A stretch of 64,000 nt of DNA, taken from positions 172,017 through 236,016 of the IMG/VR virus record IMGVR_UViG_3300049043_000112; one strand, given 5' to 3'. Of the stretch, positions 40,206 to 47,471 are shown one piece after another. Within the stretch, counting starts at the first letter, position 1. Each line of letters begins with the position of its first letter. The notes under the pieces are model-generated. The model was not told where the DNA came from. It saw only the letters and a list, made by a program, of their open reading frames with translations, and ran no database searches. Made by a program: the position numbers and the translations under genes.

Positions 40206-40457
40206 TTATAGACCATCCGTGTCTTCTTCATCATCTCTTACGTAACAAGGAACTCGATCTGGATCTAACCATCTGCAATACTGATGATCTTCCATTGCAG
40301 TAGAACATTGTAGCACATTATCAAAAAGATAAATGTCATTCCAGCGTTTAGTATAGTAATTCTGCTTTTGTAGGCGGTAATCAGGTTTACCGTTAATTTC
40401 AAGAATACCTGCTTCAACAAAGCGATATCCCTCACGTTCCAGAAGAACCTTTGTCAC
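40206..40457 (-). CDS. Conserved cyanophage hypothetical protein
   Basis: 83-aa ORF, packed operon. Confidence 0.65.
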   Translation of the reverse strand: MTKVLLEREGYRFVEAGILEINGKPDYRLQKQNYYTKRWNDIYLFDNVLQCSTAMEDHQYCRWLDPDRVPCYVRDDEEDTDGL

Positions 40458-40665
40458 GCTTCAACAACCTCAAGATCACTGGCGATATACTCCATAAGCA
40501 TTTCGTAATCGTCAAGGGGTCACCAGAAAATACGACGCCTTCATTTTCATAGAAGCGGCGAACCTTTTTATAAAGTTTCGGACTCTTTACATCAAGGTAG
40601 ATTTCCCCGTTAGCAGCAAGACGAAGAGTGCTAACATCTTTCTTGAATTTTTGGATCAGAGACAT
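40454..40665 (-). CDS. Hypothetical protein (frameshift at about 40518)
   Basis: MSLIQKFKKDV...; restoring one C gives ...GDPLDDYEMLMEYIASDLEVVEA-stop, abutting the next GTG. Confidence 0.65.
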
Positions 40666-40719
40666 TGTTTTGTTTGTTGACCTAGTTATTATAAGTGGTT
40701 TAGACTTGTGTGTCAAGTG

Positions 40720-40739
40720 TGCCAGTGAAGTAACTGGCA
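40720..40739. promoter_or_regulatory. Palindromic operator-like site TGCCAGT-N6-ACTGGCA next to a -35 box
   Basis: Perfect 7-bp arms; 3 nt from TTGACA (minus strand), with TATAAT 17 nt further. Confidence 0.55.
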
Positions 40740-40740
40740 A

Positions 40741-40816
40741 TCGGAGTACCCGGATTTGAACCGAGATTATTCCTGCTCCCAAAGCAGGTGCCATGACCAA
40801 GTTAGGCGATACTCCG
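40741..40816 (-). tRNA. tRNA-Pro(UGG)
   Basis: Cloverleaf; CCTGC-TT TGG GA-GCAGG. Confidence 0.93.
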
Positions 40817-40819
40817 TTG

Positions 40820-40875
40820 AAGGCAGGTGCGGTATCCCCTTTCGGTTCCCATGCTCCTTTTGCTTTCCTTACCTT
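40820..40875 (-). ncRNA. Unnamed structured RNA candidate, copy 1
   Basis: Near-identical to 47472..47551; starts just after TTGACA-17-TATAAT and ends 3 nt before tRNA-Pro. Confidence 0.65.
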
Positions 40876-40889
40876 ACCTACTAATTATA

Positions 40890-41051
40890 CTACTTCTTGT
40901 GCCCCCTGTCAAACGGCGCCCAGTGTTGCCAGTTGTATTTGTGAATTGCCCAGATACCCATAATAGGCAGAACAATCAGAATGTATCCAAGAAACCCAAG
41001 TGTAACTGGATTTTCCAATATCCAGCGTGAAAAATGTGATAGTTGTTGCAT
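40890..41051 (-). CDS. Small membrane protein (53 aa)
   Basis: Manual translation MQQLSHF...LIVLPIMGIWAIHKYNWQHWAPF; TGATG coupling with the upstream gene. Confidence 0.6.
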   Translation of the reverse strand: MQQLSHFSRWILENPVTLGFLGYILIVLPIMGIWAIHKYNWQHWAPFDRGHKK

Positions 41052-41268
41052 CAATATCCTCTCCAAGTCTTAAACTCATAGTAAAAGTATTGATCCACAT
41101 CACCACTCAAGGGGCATTATCTTCTCTATGTGCCCACACCTCACAAAACTCTACAATACGATAATCGTGTAATGAACTGTGCCCCCACATTCTTACAAAT
41201 GCTGATGCGACAAAATGATACCGCTGTCTAATGTGCGGTTCCGTTGCCTTTGTAATCTTCTGAATCAT
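41051..41268 (-). CDS. Hypothetical protein (frameshift at about 41112)
   Basis: MIQKITKATEPHIRQRYHF...; restoring one C gives ...APLSGDVDQYFYYEFKTWRGY-stop. Confidence 0.6.
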
Positions 41269-41350
41269 AGTATCCTCCTCTTGTACCGAAATATAAGGTT
41301 GTTAATACGAAAGGAACTGAAACAAATAAAAGTGCTTTTGCTAATAACAT
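41228..41350 (-). CDS. ndhP: NDH-1L small subunit NdhP homolog (40 aa)
   Basis: MLLAKALLFVSVPFVLTTLYFGTRGGYYDSEDYKGNGTAH matches the remembered NdhP C-terminus FGTRNGFYDTDQYHGNGSAH. Confidence 0.85.
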   Translation of the reverse strand: MLLAKALLFVSVPFVLTTLYFGTRGGYYDSEDYKGNGTAH

Positions 41351-41355
41351 AAGGT

Positions 41356-41445
41356 TTATTGTGGATAGGCATTGTGAAGTCCCCAATAAACAAAGGACCC
41401 AATAGAACTAAAAAGTAAAAGTGAGGATATAAGTGTTCTAGTCAT
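41356..41445 (-). CDS. NdhQ-like single-TM peptide (29 aa)
   Basis: MTRTLISSLLLFSSIGSFVYWGLHNAYPQ; ungapped match to the remembered NdhQ helix ending W-x-L-H-x-A-Y. Confidence 0.55.
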   Translation of the reverse strand: MTRTLISSLLLFSSIGSFVYWGLHNAYPQ

Positions 41446-41548
41446 TTTCATCCTCATAAGTAGATGGTTCTTCAAATAACTCATTCATCTTTTGTCTTAA
41501 AACTATTTCTTGTAGTTCTTGTAAGTCTTCTTCTGTGATTGTTATCAT
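41438..41548 (-). CDS. Small acidic hypothetical protein (36 aa)
   Basis: MITITEEDLQELQEIVLRQKMNELFEEPSTYEDEND; overlapping start/stop junctions. Confidence 0.55.
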   Translation of the reverse strand: MITITEEDLQELQEIVLRQKMNELFEEPSTYEDEND

Positions 41549-41734
41549 TTGTCCTTAAGTAGGTCTTCTATTCGTTTACGCATATTTGAACTGTCTTGTT
41601 TCATGTAGTCACATGTAGTCACGTAAAGAATAACCACGTTGATTTCTCATAATACAAGTGCCTTGATAAAACATTGTTGCGGCAAATACCAACAACAATG
41701 CAATCCCAATTATTTCAGGGTAATGTTGAGCCAC
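41545..41734 (-). pseudogene. Small membrane protein interrupted by a 10-bp tandem duplication
   Basis: Removing one CATGTAGTCA unit (41602..41621) restores a 59-aa ORF ending KRIEDLLKDK. Confidence 0.55.
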
Positions 41735-41913
41735 GGTAATACTGGTGGAATAACGCCTATTAATCGGAGGAGTCCTTCAGCAAATAAAGCCAGAACCACC
41801 CAACCGACGCACATACTAATGATAGAAGCATTACGGTTGTGTTGTCGTATTGCTGCATCAATCATCTCCTGAACTTCGGAACGGGTAATAAACTCGTCTT
41901 GTGGTTCCATCAC
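41710..41913 (-). CDS. Small membrane protein
   Basis: 67 aa, one to two TM segments. Confidence 0.65.
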   Translation of the reverse strand: MMEPQDEFITRSEVQEMIDAAIRQHNRNASIISMCVGWVVLALFAEGLLRLIGVIPPVLPWLNITLK

Positions 41914-42059
41914 TTTTCATCTCCAAGAAACTTCGCCAAAGGATCTTTGCGGGTTTTAGATATTTCAACTGCTCTCTTATAGAACATATTATCTGTGTTC
42001 CCAGAGGCTTCAAACGTTTCCTTAATCTTCACCCAGTTTTCGTAGGTGTGTTGATCCAT
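41910..42059 (-). CDS. Conserved cyanobacterial/cyanophage hypothetical protein (49 aa)
   Basis: MDQHTYENWVKIKETFEASGNTDNMFYKRA..., manual translation. Confidence 0.65.
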   Translation of the reverse strand: MDQHTYENWVKIKETFEASGNTDNMFYKRAVEISKTRKDPLAKFLGDEK

Positions 42060-42173
42060 AAGGTTTTAGGTTGAATACTACTAATTATATTAATCAGTAT
42101 TTTAAAAACGTCAAGTTTGTGTTGATACACAAATATAGATTAAGACAATCTTAAATTTTGCAATTTATGTAAA

Positions 42174-42260
42174 CGGAAGCGACTGGATTCGAACCAGTGG
42201 AGGTCTTACCCTCATTTGTTTTCAAGACAAACGCAATAAACCGGACTCTGCCACGCTTCC
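42174..42260 (-). tRNA. tRNA-Ser(UGA)
   Basis: Long variable arm; TTTGT-CT TGA AA-ACAAA. Confidence 0.93.
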
Positions 42261-42270
42261 AAATAAGTCC

Positions 42271-42528
42271 TCAACGGACTTCAAAGTCTAAACGTCTAAC
42301 TTTACGCTGACGCCTTGCTTCCTGAAAAGCAAGATCTTCATTCGTAAGAACACCAGACTTTGATTTATTATGATAAGAGTTTAACATAATAATAGAGGAT
42401 AAGTCAACTGCCGAAATCTTATCCCCACGAATAGTCGCCATATTTGGACAACCACACGTCACCATTTTACTTTGATGCCCCTCTAACTCCTTACCACAGG
42501 AGCGGCATCTGATTCTTAAATTTTCCAT
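42271..42528 (-). CDS. Zn-ribbon hypothetical protein
   Basis: CRSC...CGC. Confidence 0.7.
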   Translation of the reverse strand: MENLRIRCRSCGKELEGHQSKMVTCGCPNMATIRGDKISAVDLSSIIMLNSYHNKSKSGVLTNEDLAFQEARRQRKVRRLDFEVR

Positions 42529-42542
42529 TTCTCATTACCAGT

Positions 42543-42986
42543 TTATTCTAATACAGAACGAAGCATCCAATGGAACTTACCATGTGTTTCCATTATAGTT
42601 TGAACAAGATTTGAAGTTGCAAATTGTTTTTGTGCATCTGCTTCTTCAGAAACATCAGCAAATAGTTCAACGATTTTTTTATTATCGTCTCTTAACTGTT
42701 TAACCATCTCTTTTGCATCAATATCTTGTGCGCTATTGGATGCCTGGTCAATGTGTGATACTTCTGTGATTCTTGAAAGAGTACTTACGGGTTTCATATC
42801 CAAGTATCTCATATGTTCAGTCAGAGTATCAATCTCTTCAAACATTGTTTCATACTGCCCACCAAAAAGAGTATGCAGTTGCTGAAAATCAGGACCAACT
42901 ACATCCCAGTGATAAATCCAAGTTTTTTGGAATAGAACAAAAAGTGACGCCTGGGCATCACTCAATAGTTTAAAGAGCTTTTCCAT
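42543..42986 (-). CDS. dps: Dps / ferritin-like DNA-protection protein
   Basis: HWDVVG..F..LH..F..QY......D...E. Confidence 0.9.
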   Translation of the reverse strand: MEKLFKLLSDAQASLFVLFQKTWIYHWDVVGPDFQQLHTLFGGQYETMFEEIDTLTEHMRYLDMKPVSTLSRITEVSHIDQASNSAQDIDAKEMVKQLRDDNKKIVELFADVSEEADAQKQFATSNLVQTIMETHGKFHWMLRSVLE

Positions 42987-43012
42987 TATACCAGTTTTTT
43001 AGGTATTTATAA

Positions 43013-43084
43013 TGGGCAATATCGGATTCGAACCAATGACCGTCTGCGTGTAAAGCAGCTGCGCTACCGCTGCGCCAATCGCCC
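43013..43084 (-). tRNA. tRNA-Val(UAC)
   Basis: Cloverleaf; anticodon loop TT TAC AC. Confidence 0.93.
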
Positions 43085-43091
43085 GTTCAAT

Positions 43092-43256
43092 TTAATGTTT
43101 TTCCATTAAATATTCTACGGTATTTGCTACATCATTCATAGCATCTCGCAAATAAGTTTGTTGTCCAGATTCTTGACGAACAATCGGGCGATGGTCATCG
43201 GTAAGTGTCCACCGCCAAAGGTTCATATCTTTACAATACCAAAGATTAATTTTCAT
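43092..43256 (-). CDS. Conserved cyanophage hypothetical protein (54 aa)
   Basis: MKINLWYCKDMNLWRWTL..., manual translation. Confidence 0.6.
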   Translation of the reverse strand: MKINLWYCKDMNLWRWTLTDDHRPIVRQESGQQTYLRDAMNDVANTVEYLMEKH

Positions 43257-43457
43257 TCTTATACTGCTCCAAACGTACCCAGTTGATAAGTGTATTCAGT
43301 TCATACAACTCTTGTTTGTATGTAGCATATCTGGATAGTTCGGGTCATCAACTAGTTGCGAATCTTCAATAAAAGAAATTTCACTTTTCAGAAAATCAGC
43401 ATAATGCTCAAAGGCAGTAATGGCAAGTTGCCTGTCTAGTTGGGAAAGAAGGGACAT
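43246..43457 (-). CDS. Hypothetical protein (frameshift at about 43330)
   Basis: MSLLSQLDRQLAI...; restoring one A gives ...YELNTLINWVRLEQYKNEN-stop. Confidence 0.55.
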
Positions 43458-43478
43458 AAAACCTTTAACTCGTTACCT

Positions 43479-43512
43479 AGTATAGACTAAAAAGGGGGTT
43501 GTGTCAACCCCC
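43479..43512 (-). promoter_or_regulatory. pstS terminator overlapping a sigma70-type promoter
   Basis: GGGG-TTGACACAA-CCCCC-TTTTT; TTGACA-17-TATACT. Confidence 0.7.
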
Positions 43513-43518
43513 TGTATA

Positions 43519-44497
43519 TCAATTCTCTCCTAGACCAACTTGCTTGACCTTCAGGCGGGCACGGTTCAGAACTGAACCAGCAAGAGGAACATAACCCAGG
43601 TCATCAGCGATAGACTGCGCTTTGCCACTCAGAGCATAGTTCAGAGCATCACGGACTGCCTGTGCCTTACCAGGAGCATAACCACTCTTATAGGCAATAA
43701 TCCAGGTCAGAGTGGAGATAGGATATGCCTGAAGCACCTGCGGGGTTAGGGTCTTCACCAGCAAGAGTTACGGGATCCAGTTTGATTCCGTTCAGAGCAG
43801 CGGCACCAGTCACGGCAGAAGGTCCAACGAACTTACCTGCCTTGTTCTGAATAACTGCTGCTTGGAGTTTGTTGGCACGGACAAATCCAGTGTTCACATA
43901 ACCAATACCACCAACAGTGTTCTTAATGGTTCCAGCAACACCTTCATTGCCCTTAGAACCAACACCAGTAGGCCAGTTGATAGACTTACCTACACCAGGA
44001 GCCCAACCACCAAAAGCATCCAGAGAGTTGGTGAAGGCAAAGGTGGTTCCAGAACCATCAGAACGATGAACAACCATCATCTTACCAGCAGCACAACCAA
44101 CTTGCTTGTAATCGTTAATGCGACCAGAGAAAATATCAACAACTTGTTTCTGCGTCAGTTTCAGTTTGCAACCAGGCTTGTTATAAGCAATCGCAATCGT
44201 TCCACCGACCATAGGAATCTGAACGACACCACGCTTTACCTTTGCCGCTTCCTTTGCCTTGATAGGTTCATCAGAAGCACCGAAGTCAACGGTTCCAGCA
44301 ACGAACTGACGGATACCAGCACCAGAACCAACGGACTGATAGTTTACACGGTCACCAGAAGACACAGAGTAGTCTTGGAACCAGCGTTGGTAGATAGGTG
44401 CGGGGAAGGTGGCACCAGCACCATTAATGACAGGTCCAGCAAGTGCGGTAGTGGGAGCAAGGGCAAGACCGATTGTAGCAATGTGTTTAAGTTTCAT
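43519..44497 (-). CDS. pstS: Phosphate-binding protein PstS (frameshift at about 43733)
   Basis: GAGATFPAP, YQSVGSGAG, DFGASD, RSDGSGTT and AYPISTLTW; the two ORFs join by removing one T. Confidence 0.95.
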
Positions 44498-44522
44498 AAA
44501 AATTAAAAACTTCGTAGTAATT

Positions 44523-44552
44523 TTACTTGATTTAGATTAAGAGAAGGTTAAA
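44523..44552 (-). promoter_or_regulatory. Pho box upstream of pstS
   Basis: TTTAACCT-tct-CTTAATCT-aaa-(TCAAGTAA): 11-bp period, matching the cyanobacterial YTTAAYYW consensus. Confidence 0.75.
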
Positions 44553-44566
44553 TATGTCCAAACACC

Positions 44567-44591
44567 AAAAAACCTCCCCGAAAGGAGGTTT
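44567..44591 (-). terminator. Intrinsic terminator after the porin gene
   Basis: AAACCTCC-TTTCG-GGGAGGTTTTTT. Confidence 0.8.
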
Positions 44592-44610
44592 AGAGGTATC
44601 TAAGATATTA

Positions 44611-46098
44611 TCAGAAACGGAAGGTAGTCTGAATCACACCACCATAGTTAGAAGAAGCATTCTTCAGACCTTGGTTGTTGGACACATAGAACACCGCAGG
44701 GGTGATGCTGATGTTATCGCTAACCTTGTAACGATAGAAGGTTTCCCACATAATAGCATCCTTACACAGAGTCTCTGCGTTACCAGGAGCACCGATGGCA
44801 AAACCAGCAGCATTACCCTTAGCAAAAACATCGCTCCACTGAACACCGGCCATCCAAGTCTGCGAATTGGTAGCAGCATTAGGAGTTGCGGGACCACTTA
44901 CATAGTTCCAACCGTAAGCAGCACTCACAGAAGGAATGATACCAGAGGTCTTAGGCTGCCAGTAAGCATTCAGAGCATAACCGTTAGAGGTTTGGTTAGC
45001 AGCAAGAGTACCAGCATTACCAGCAACACCGTTAAAGGTGCGAATACGGGTTCCTTCAGTACCATTACGATAACCGAAAGCAATGCCATACTGAGGAGCA
45101 CGATAACCAAATTGTGCCAGAGTATTCAGAGCACCAGAGGCATCAAATTCACCTTTGGTTGAATCGTTACCATTCTGAGCAACATAGTTGATACCAGCAA
45201 CGAATCCACCCTTACCTTTCTTGGTAGGTTGTGACCATTGAGCACCGAAACCAGCACCAGTTGCCTTGTTATAGACACCAGGAGCACCAGCAACTTGGAA
45301 GAAGTCAAGAATATCCGACTTATATGCAGAAGGAATCCAAGCGATTTCAGTGTTACGAACCTGAGCACCGGCGGTAAGCATTACACCCTTTGCAAGTCCA
45401 GGGAAGGTGTAATACAAACGATCCAGAGTCATCGTGTTCGCATAGGTTTCTGCCTTGTCCAGTTTGAACAGGGAAGAAGAGGAACCGAATGGTTGACTGG
45501 AGAAGTTACCAGAACGCAAACGGGTCTTGAGCAAATCCTTACCTGTGAAGGAAGTATCAAAACTCAGGCGGAGGTCATAGTTGAAAGCGGTATTTCCGAC
45601 ATTGCTGCTGTTAGCAAGACGAGCACCGTCTACACCACCAAGAACGAAAGTTGCTTCACCCTTAAGTTTGGTAGTCGTGGAGAACTGTTGTGCTTGAAGA
45701 GTACCAACTTGAGTTTCAAGTTTAGCAACACGACCTTTGATGACTGCAAGTTCCTTAGCAAACTCATTCGCAAGACGATTGAGTTCATCGGTAACTTCAG
45801 TCACGCGATCTAGACAAGCATTCAGAAGTGCAGCTGCTTCAAAACGGGTCATTGCCTGACCACCACGGAAGGTTCCGTTTTCATAACCAGCAACACAACC
45901 ATAACGCTCAACAAGATTGCTGAGTGCCTGATAAGCCCAGTCAGTGGGTTTTACATCAGACAGTTGGTTGATGCTCGTGACTTGTTCCGTGCTGGCATAT
46001 TGGTTGACTGCTGCCATATTAAGATCTGCGGCATTCGCAGCAACAGGAGCAACCATTCCCAGAGCAACAGGTGCAAGCATCAGTTGTTTGAGTTTCAT
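44611..46098 (-). CDS. Cyanobacterial Som/OprB-type outer-membrane porin with SLH domain
   Basis: Signal peptide, SDVKPTDWAYQALSNLVERYGC SLH motif, FSTTTKLKGE, C-terminal TTFRF. Confidence 0.92.
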   Translation of the reverse strand: MKLKQLMLAPVALGMVAPVAANAADLNMAAVNQYASTEQVTSINQLSDVKPTDWAYQALSNLVERYGCVAGYENGTFRGGQAMTRFEAAALLNACLDRVTEVTDELNRLANEFAKELAVIKGRVAKLETQVGTLQAQQFSTTTKLKGEATFVLGGVDGARLANSSNVGNTAFNYDLRLSFDTSFTGKDLLKTRLRSGNFSSQPFGSSSSLFKLDKAETYANTMTLDRLYYTFPGLAKGVMLTAGAQVRNTEIAWIPSAYKSDILDFFQVAGAPGVYNKATGAGFGAQWSQPTKKGKGGFVAGINYVAQNGNDSTKGEFDASGALNTLAQFGYRAPQYGIAFGYRNGTEGTRIRTFNGVAGNAGTLAANQTSNGYALNAYWQPKTSGIIPSVSAAYGWNYVSGPATPNAATNSQTWMAGVQWSDVFAKGNAAGFAIGAPGNAETLCKDAIMWETFYRYKVSDNISITPAVFYVSNNQGLKNASSNYGGVIQTTFRF

Positions 46099-46153
46099 AA
46101 AAAGTTTTTTGTATGTACTAAACGACAAATAAAGGGTTTTAAAGAAAACCGCA

Positions 46154-46248
46154 ATATTTAGAGCGACTTAACCAATTCTTAAAAGAATATTAAGTCAACG
46201 GTATCATAGCATAACCGTATCTGTTGTGTCAATTAAGACTAGGTTAAG
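46154..46248 (-). promoter_or_regulatory. Porin promoter with Pho-box-like arrays
   Basis: CTTAACCT/CTTAATTG pair at the -35 (TTGACA-18-TATGAT) and four more 11-bp-period repeats at 46154..46194. Confidence 0.65.
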
Positions 46249-46249
46249 A

Positions 46250-46321
46250 AGCGGAGTATCGGATTCGAACCGACGACATCTAACTTGGAAGGATAGCGTT
46301 CTACCACTGAACTAACTCCGC
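46250..46321 (-). tRNA. tRNA-Gly(UCC)
   Basis: Cloverleaf; loop CT TCC AA. Confidence 0.93.
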
Positions 46322-46323
46322 AA

Positions 46324-46396
46324 TGGTGGGGATTTACCCGACCTCAGGTTTCCCTTCATAGGCACGGAACCCCACGCACTTCACTTCACACGGACA
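46324..46396 (-). ncRNA. Kink-turn-containing hairpin RNA candidate ending in CCA
   Basis: GUGGGG/CCCCAC stem enclosing CC-UAU-GA-AGG-GAAA-CCU-GA-GG; follows TTGACA-18-TATACT. Confidence 0.55.
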
Positions 46397-46432
46397 TATG
46401 AAGTATAAGACATAATCGAGTATTATGTCAAG

Positions 46433-46503
46433 AGCCCCGACAAGATTCGAACTTGCGACCAGCGGTTTACAAAACCGCTGCTCTACCACTGAGCTACAGA
46501 GGC
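46433..46503 (-). tRNA. tRNA-Thr(UGU)
   Basis: GCGGT-TT TGT AA-ACCGC; acceptor 3' strand one G short (probable homopolymer error). Confidence 0.9.
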
Positions 46504-46593
46504 GAAACAGGGAGGCCATCCCCCTGACCTAAAAATATTCTAGGTTTTAGTTGGAAGGAGTGCTCTTGAAGGTTATCGCAGGATCACTTCCAA

Positions 46594-46667
46594 CTCCCCC
46601 ACCTGGACTCGAACCAGGAACCCCAGAGTTAACAGCTCCGTGCTCTGCCAATTAAGACTATAAGGGA
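46594..46667 (-). tRNA. tRNA-Asn(GUU)
   Basis: CGGAG-CT GTT AA-CTCTG. Confidence 0.92.
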
Positions 46668-46669
46668 AT

Positions 46670-46812
46670 GATGGTAGGAGGGATTTCTATGTGCAGACAG
46701 AATCACCTTTCACATCATCCAGTCTAAACCAGCGAGAGGTGTTGCACTTCCTACATTTGATGGATTAAGTGTGATATACCTCAGAGAGTATAACAGGGAC
46801 TTAACCTCCAAC
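46670..46812 (-). ncRNA. Multi-stem structured RNA, manA-motif-like
   Basis: GUAGGA/UCCUAC, GUGCA/UGCAC, CACCU/AGGUG and UUAAGU/ACUUAA stems; begins after TTGACA-17-TACTAT and abuts tRNA-Asn. Confidence 0.55.
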
Positions 46813-46849
46813 AATTTATATAGTAACAAACTTTTGTAAGTTTGTCAAG

Positions 46850-46923
46850 CGTCCTCTGAGAGATTCGAACTCCCGACACATAGGTTCGTAACCTACTGCT
46901 CTGTTCCGCTGAGCTAAAAGGAC
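46850..46923 (-). tRNA. tRNA-Arg(ACG)
   Basis: GTAGG-TT ACG AA-CCTAT. Confidence 0.92.
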
Positions 46924-46927
46924 AAGG

Positions 46928-46999
46928 CGAAGGGCAAGAGACTTGAACTCTGAACTTTGGTTTTGGAGACCAAGATGTTACCAATTACACCAACCCGAC
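46928..46999 (-). tRNA. tRNA-Trp(CCA)
   Basis: TTGGT-CT CCA AA-ACCAA; two acceptor-stem mismatches. Confidence 0.85.
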
Positions 47000-47000
47000 A

Positions 47001-47075
47001 TGGTTCTGAGAGTAGGATTCGAACCCACGAATGGCGGGACCAAAACCCGCTGCCTTACCGCTTGGCGACCTCAGA
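47001..47075 (-). tRNA. tRNA-Gln(UUG)
   Basis: GCGGG-TT TTG GT-CCCGC; encoded CCA. Confidence 0.92.
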
Positions 47076-47076
47076 G

Positions 47077-47150
47077 TGGGGTGACGTATGGGAATTGAAC
47101 CCATCTAGGTGGTTCCACAAACCACTGCCTTACCACTAGGCTAACGTCAC
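47077..47150 (-). tRNA. tRNA-His(GUG)
   Basis: GTGGT-TT GTG GA-ACCAC; C73 and encoded CCA. Confidence 0.92.
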
Positions 47151-47151
47151 A

Positions 47152-47225
47152 TAGCAGTAGGTAGATTTGAACTACCGACCATAGGCGTATGAAACCCGTG
47201 CTCTGCCAGACTGAGCTATACTGCT
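47152..47225 (-). tRNA. tRNA with CAU anticodon (elongator Met or Ile2)
   Basis: Loop TT CAT AC; weak anticodon stem. Confidence 0.8.
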
Positions 47226-47229
47226 AAGG

Positions 47230-47312
47230 CGGAAGATGTTGGGATCGAACCAACGGAGGTGTTACCCTCACGGTTTAGCAAACCGCTGCATTAACCACTC
47301 TGCCAATCTTCC
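47230..47312 (-). tRNA. tRNA-Ser(GCU)
   Basis: Long variable arm; loop TT GCT AA. Confidence 0.93.
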
Positions 47313-47315
47313 AAA

Positions 47316-47388
47316 TGGAAACAACTGGACTTGAACCAGTGGTCTTTCGATTATCAGTCGAATGCTTTACCAACTAAGCTATGTTTCC
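47316..47388 (-). tRNA. tRNA-Ile(GAU)
   Basis: TTCGA-CT GAT AA-TCGAA. Confidence 0.93.
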
Positions 47389-47391
47389 AAA

Positions 47392-47463
47392 TAGTCTCAA
47401 CGGGACTTGAACCCGTGTCTACACTGTGAAAGAGTGTTGTCCTAACCACTAGACGATAAGACC
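47392..47463 (-). tRNA. tRNA-Glu(UUC)
   Basis: ACACT-CT TTC AC-AGTGT. Confidence 0.93.
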
Positions 47464-47471
47464 ATAAGATG

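Noticed and set aside
40432-40800. 122-aa ORF starting inside tRNA-Pro
   Set aside because: The N-terminus overlaps the tRNA and a promoter; the real gene starts at 40665 and is frameshifted
40840-40860. Leader peptide from AAGGAG-C-ATG inside the duplicated RNA
   Set aside because: SD-to-start spacing is 1 nt, and the two copies give unrelated 16-aa and 6-aa products
41228-41230. Genome-wide TAG-to-Gln recoding
   Set aside because: TAG terminates ndhP at its conserved last residue and ends several other tightly packed genes, and no CUA-anticodon tRNA is present here; only the two-site anomaly is kept as a finding
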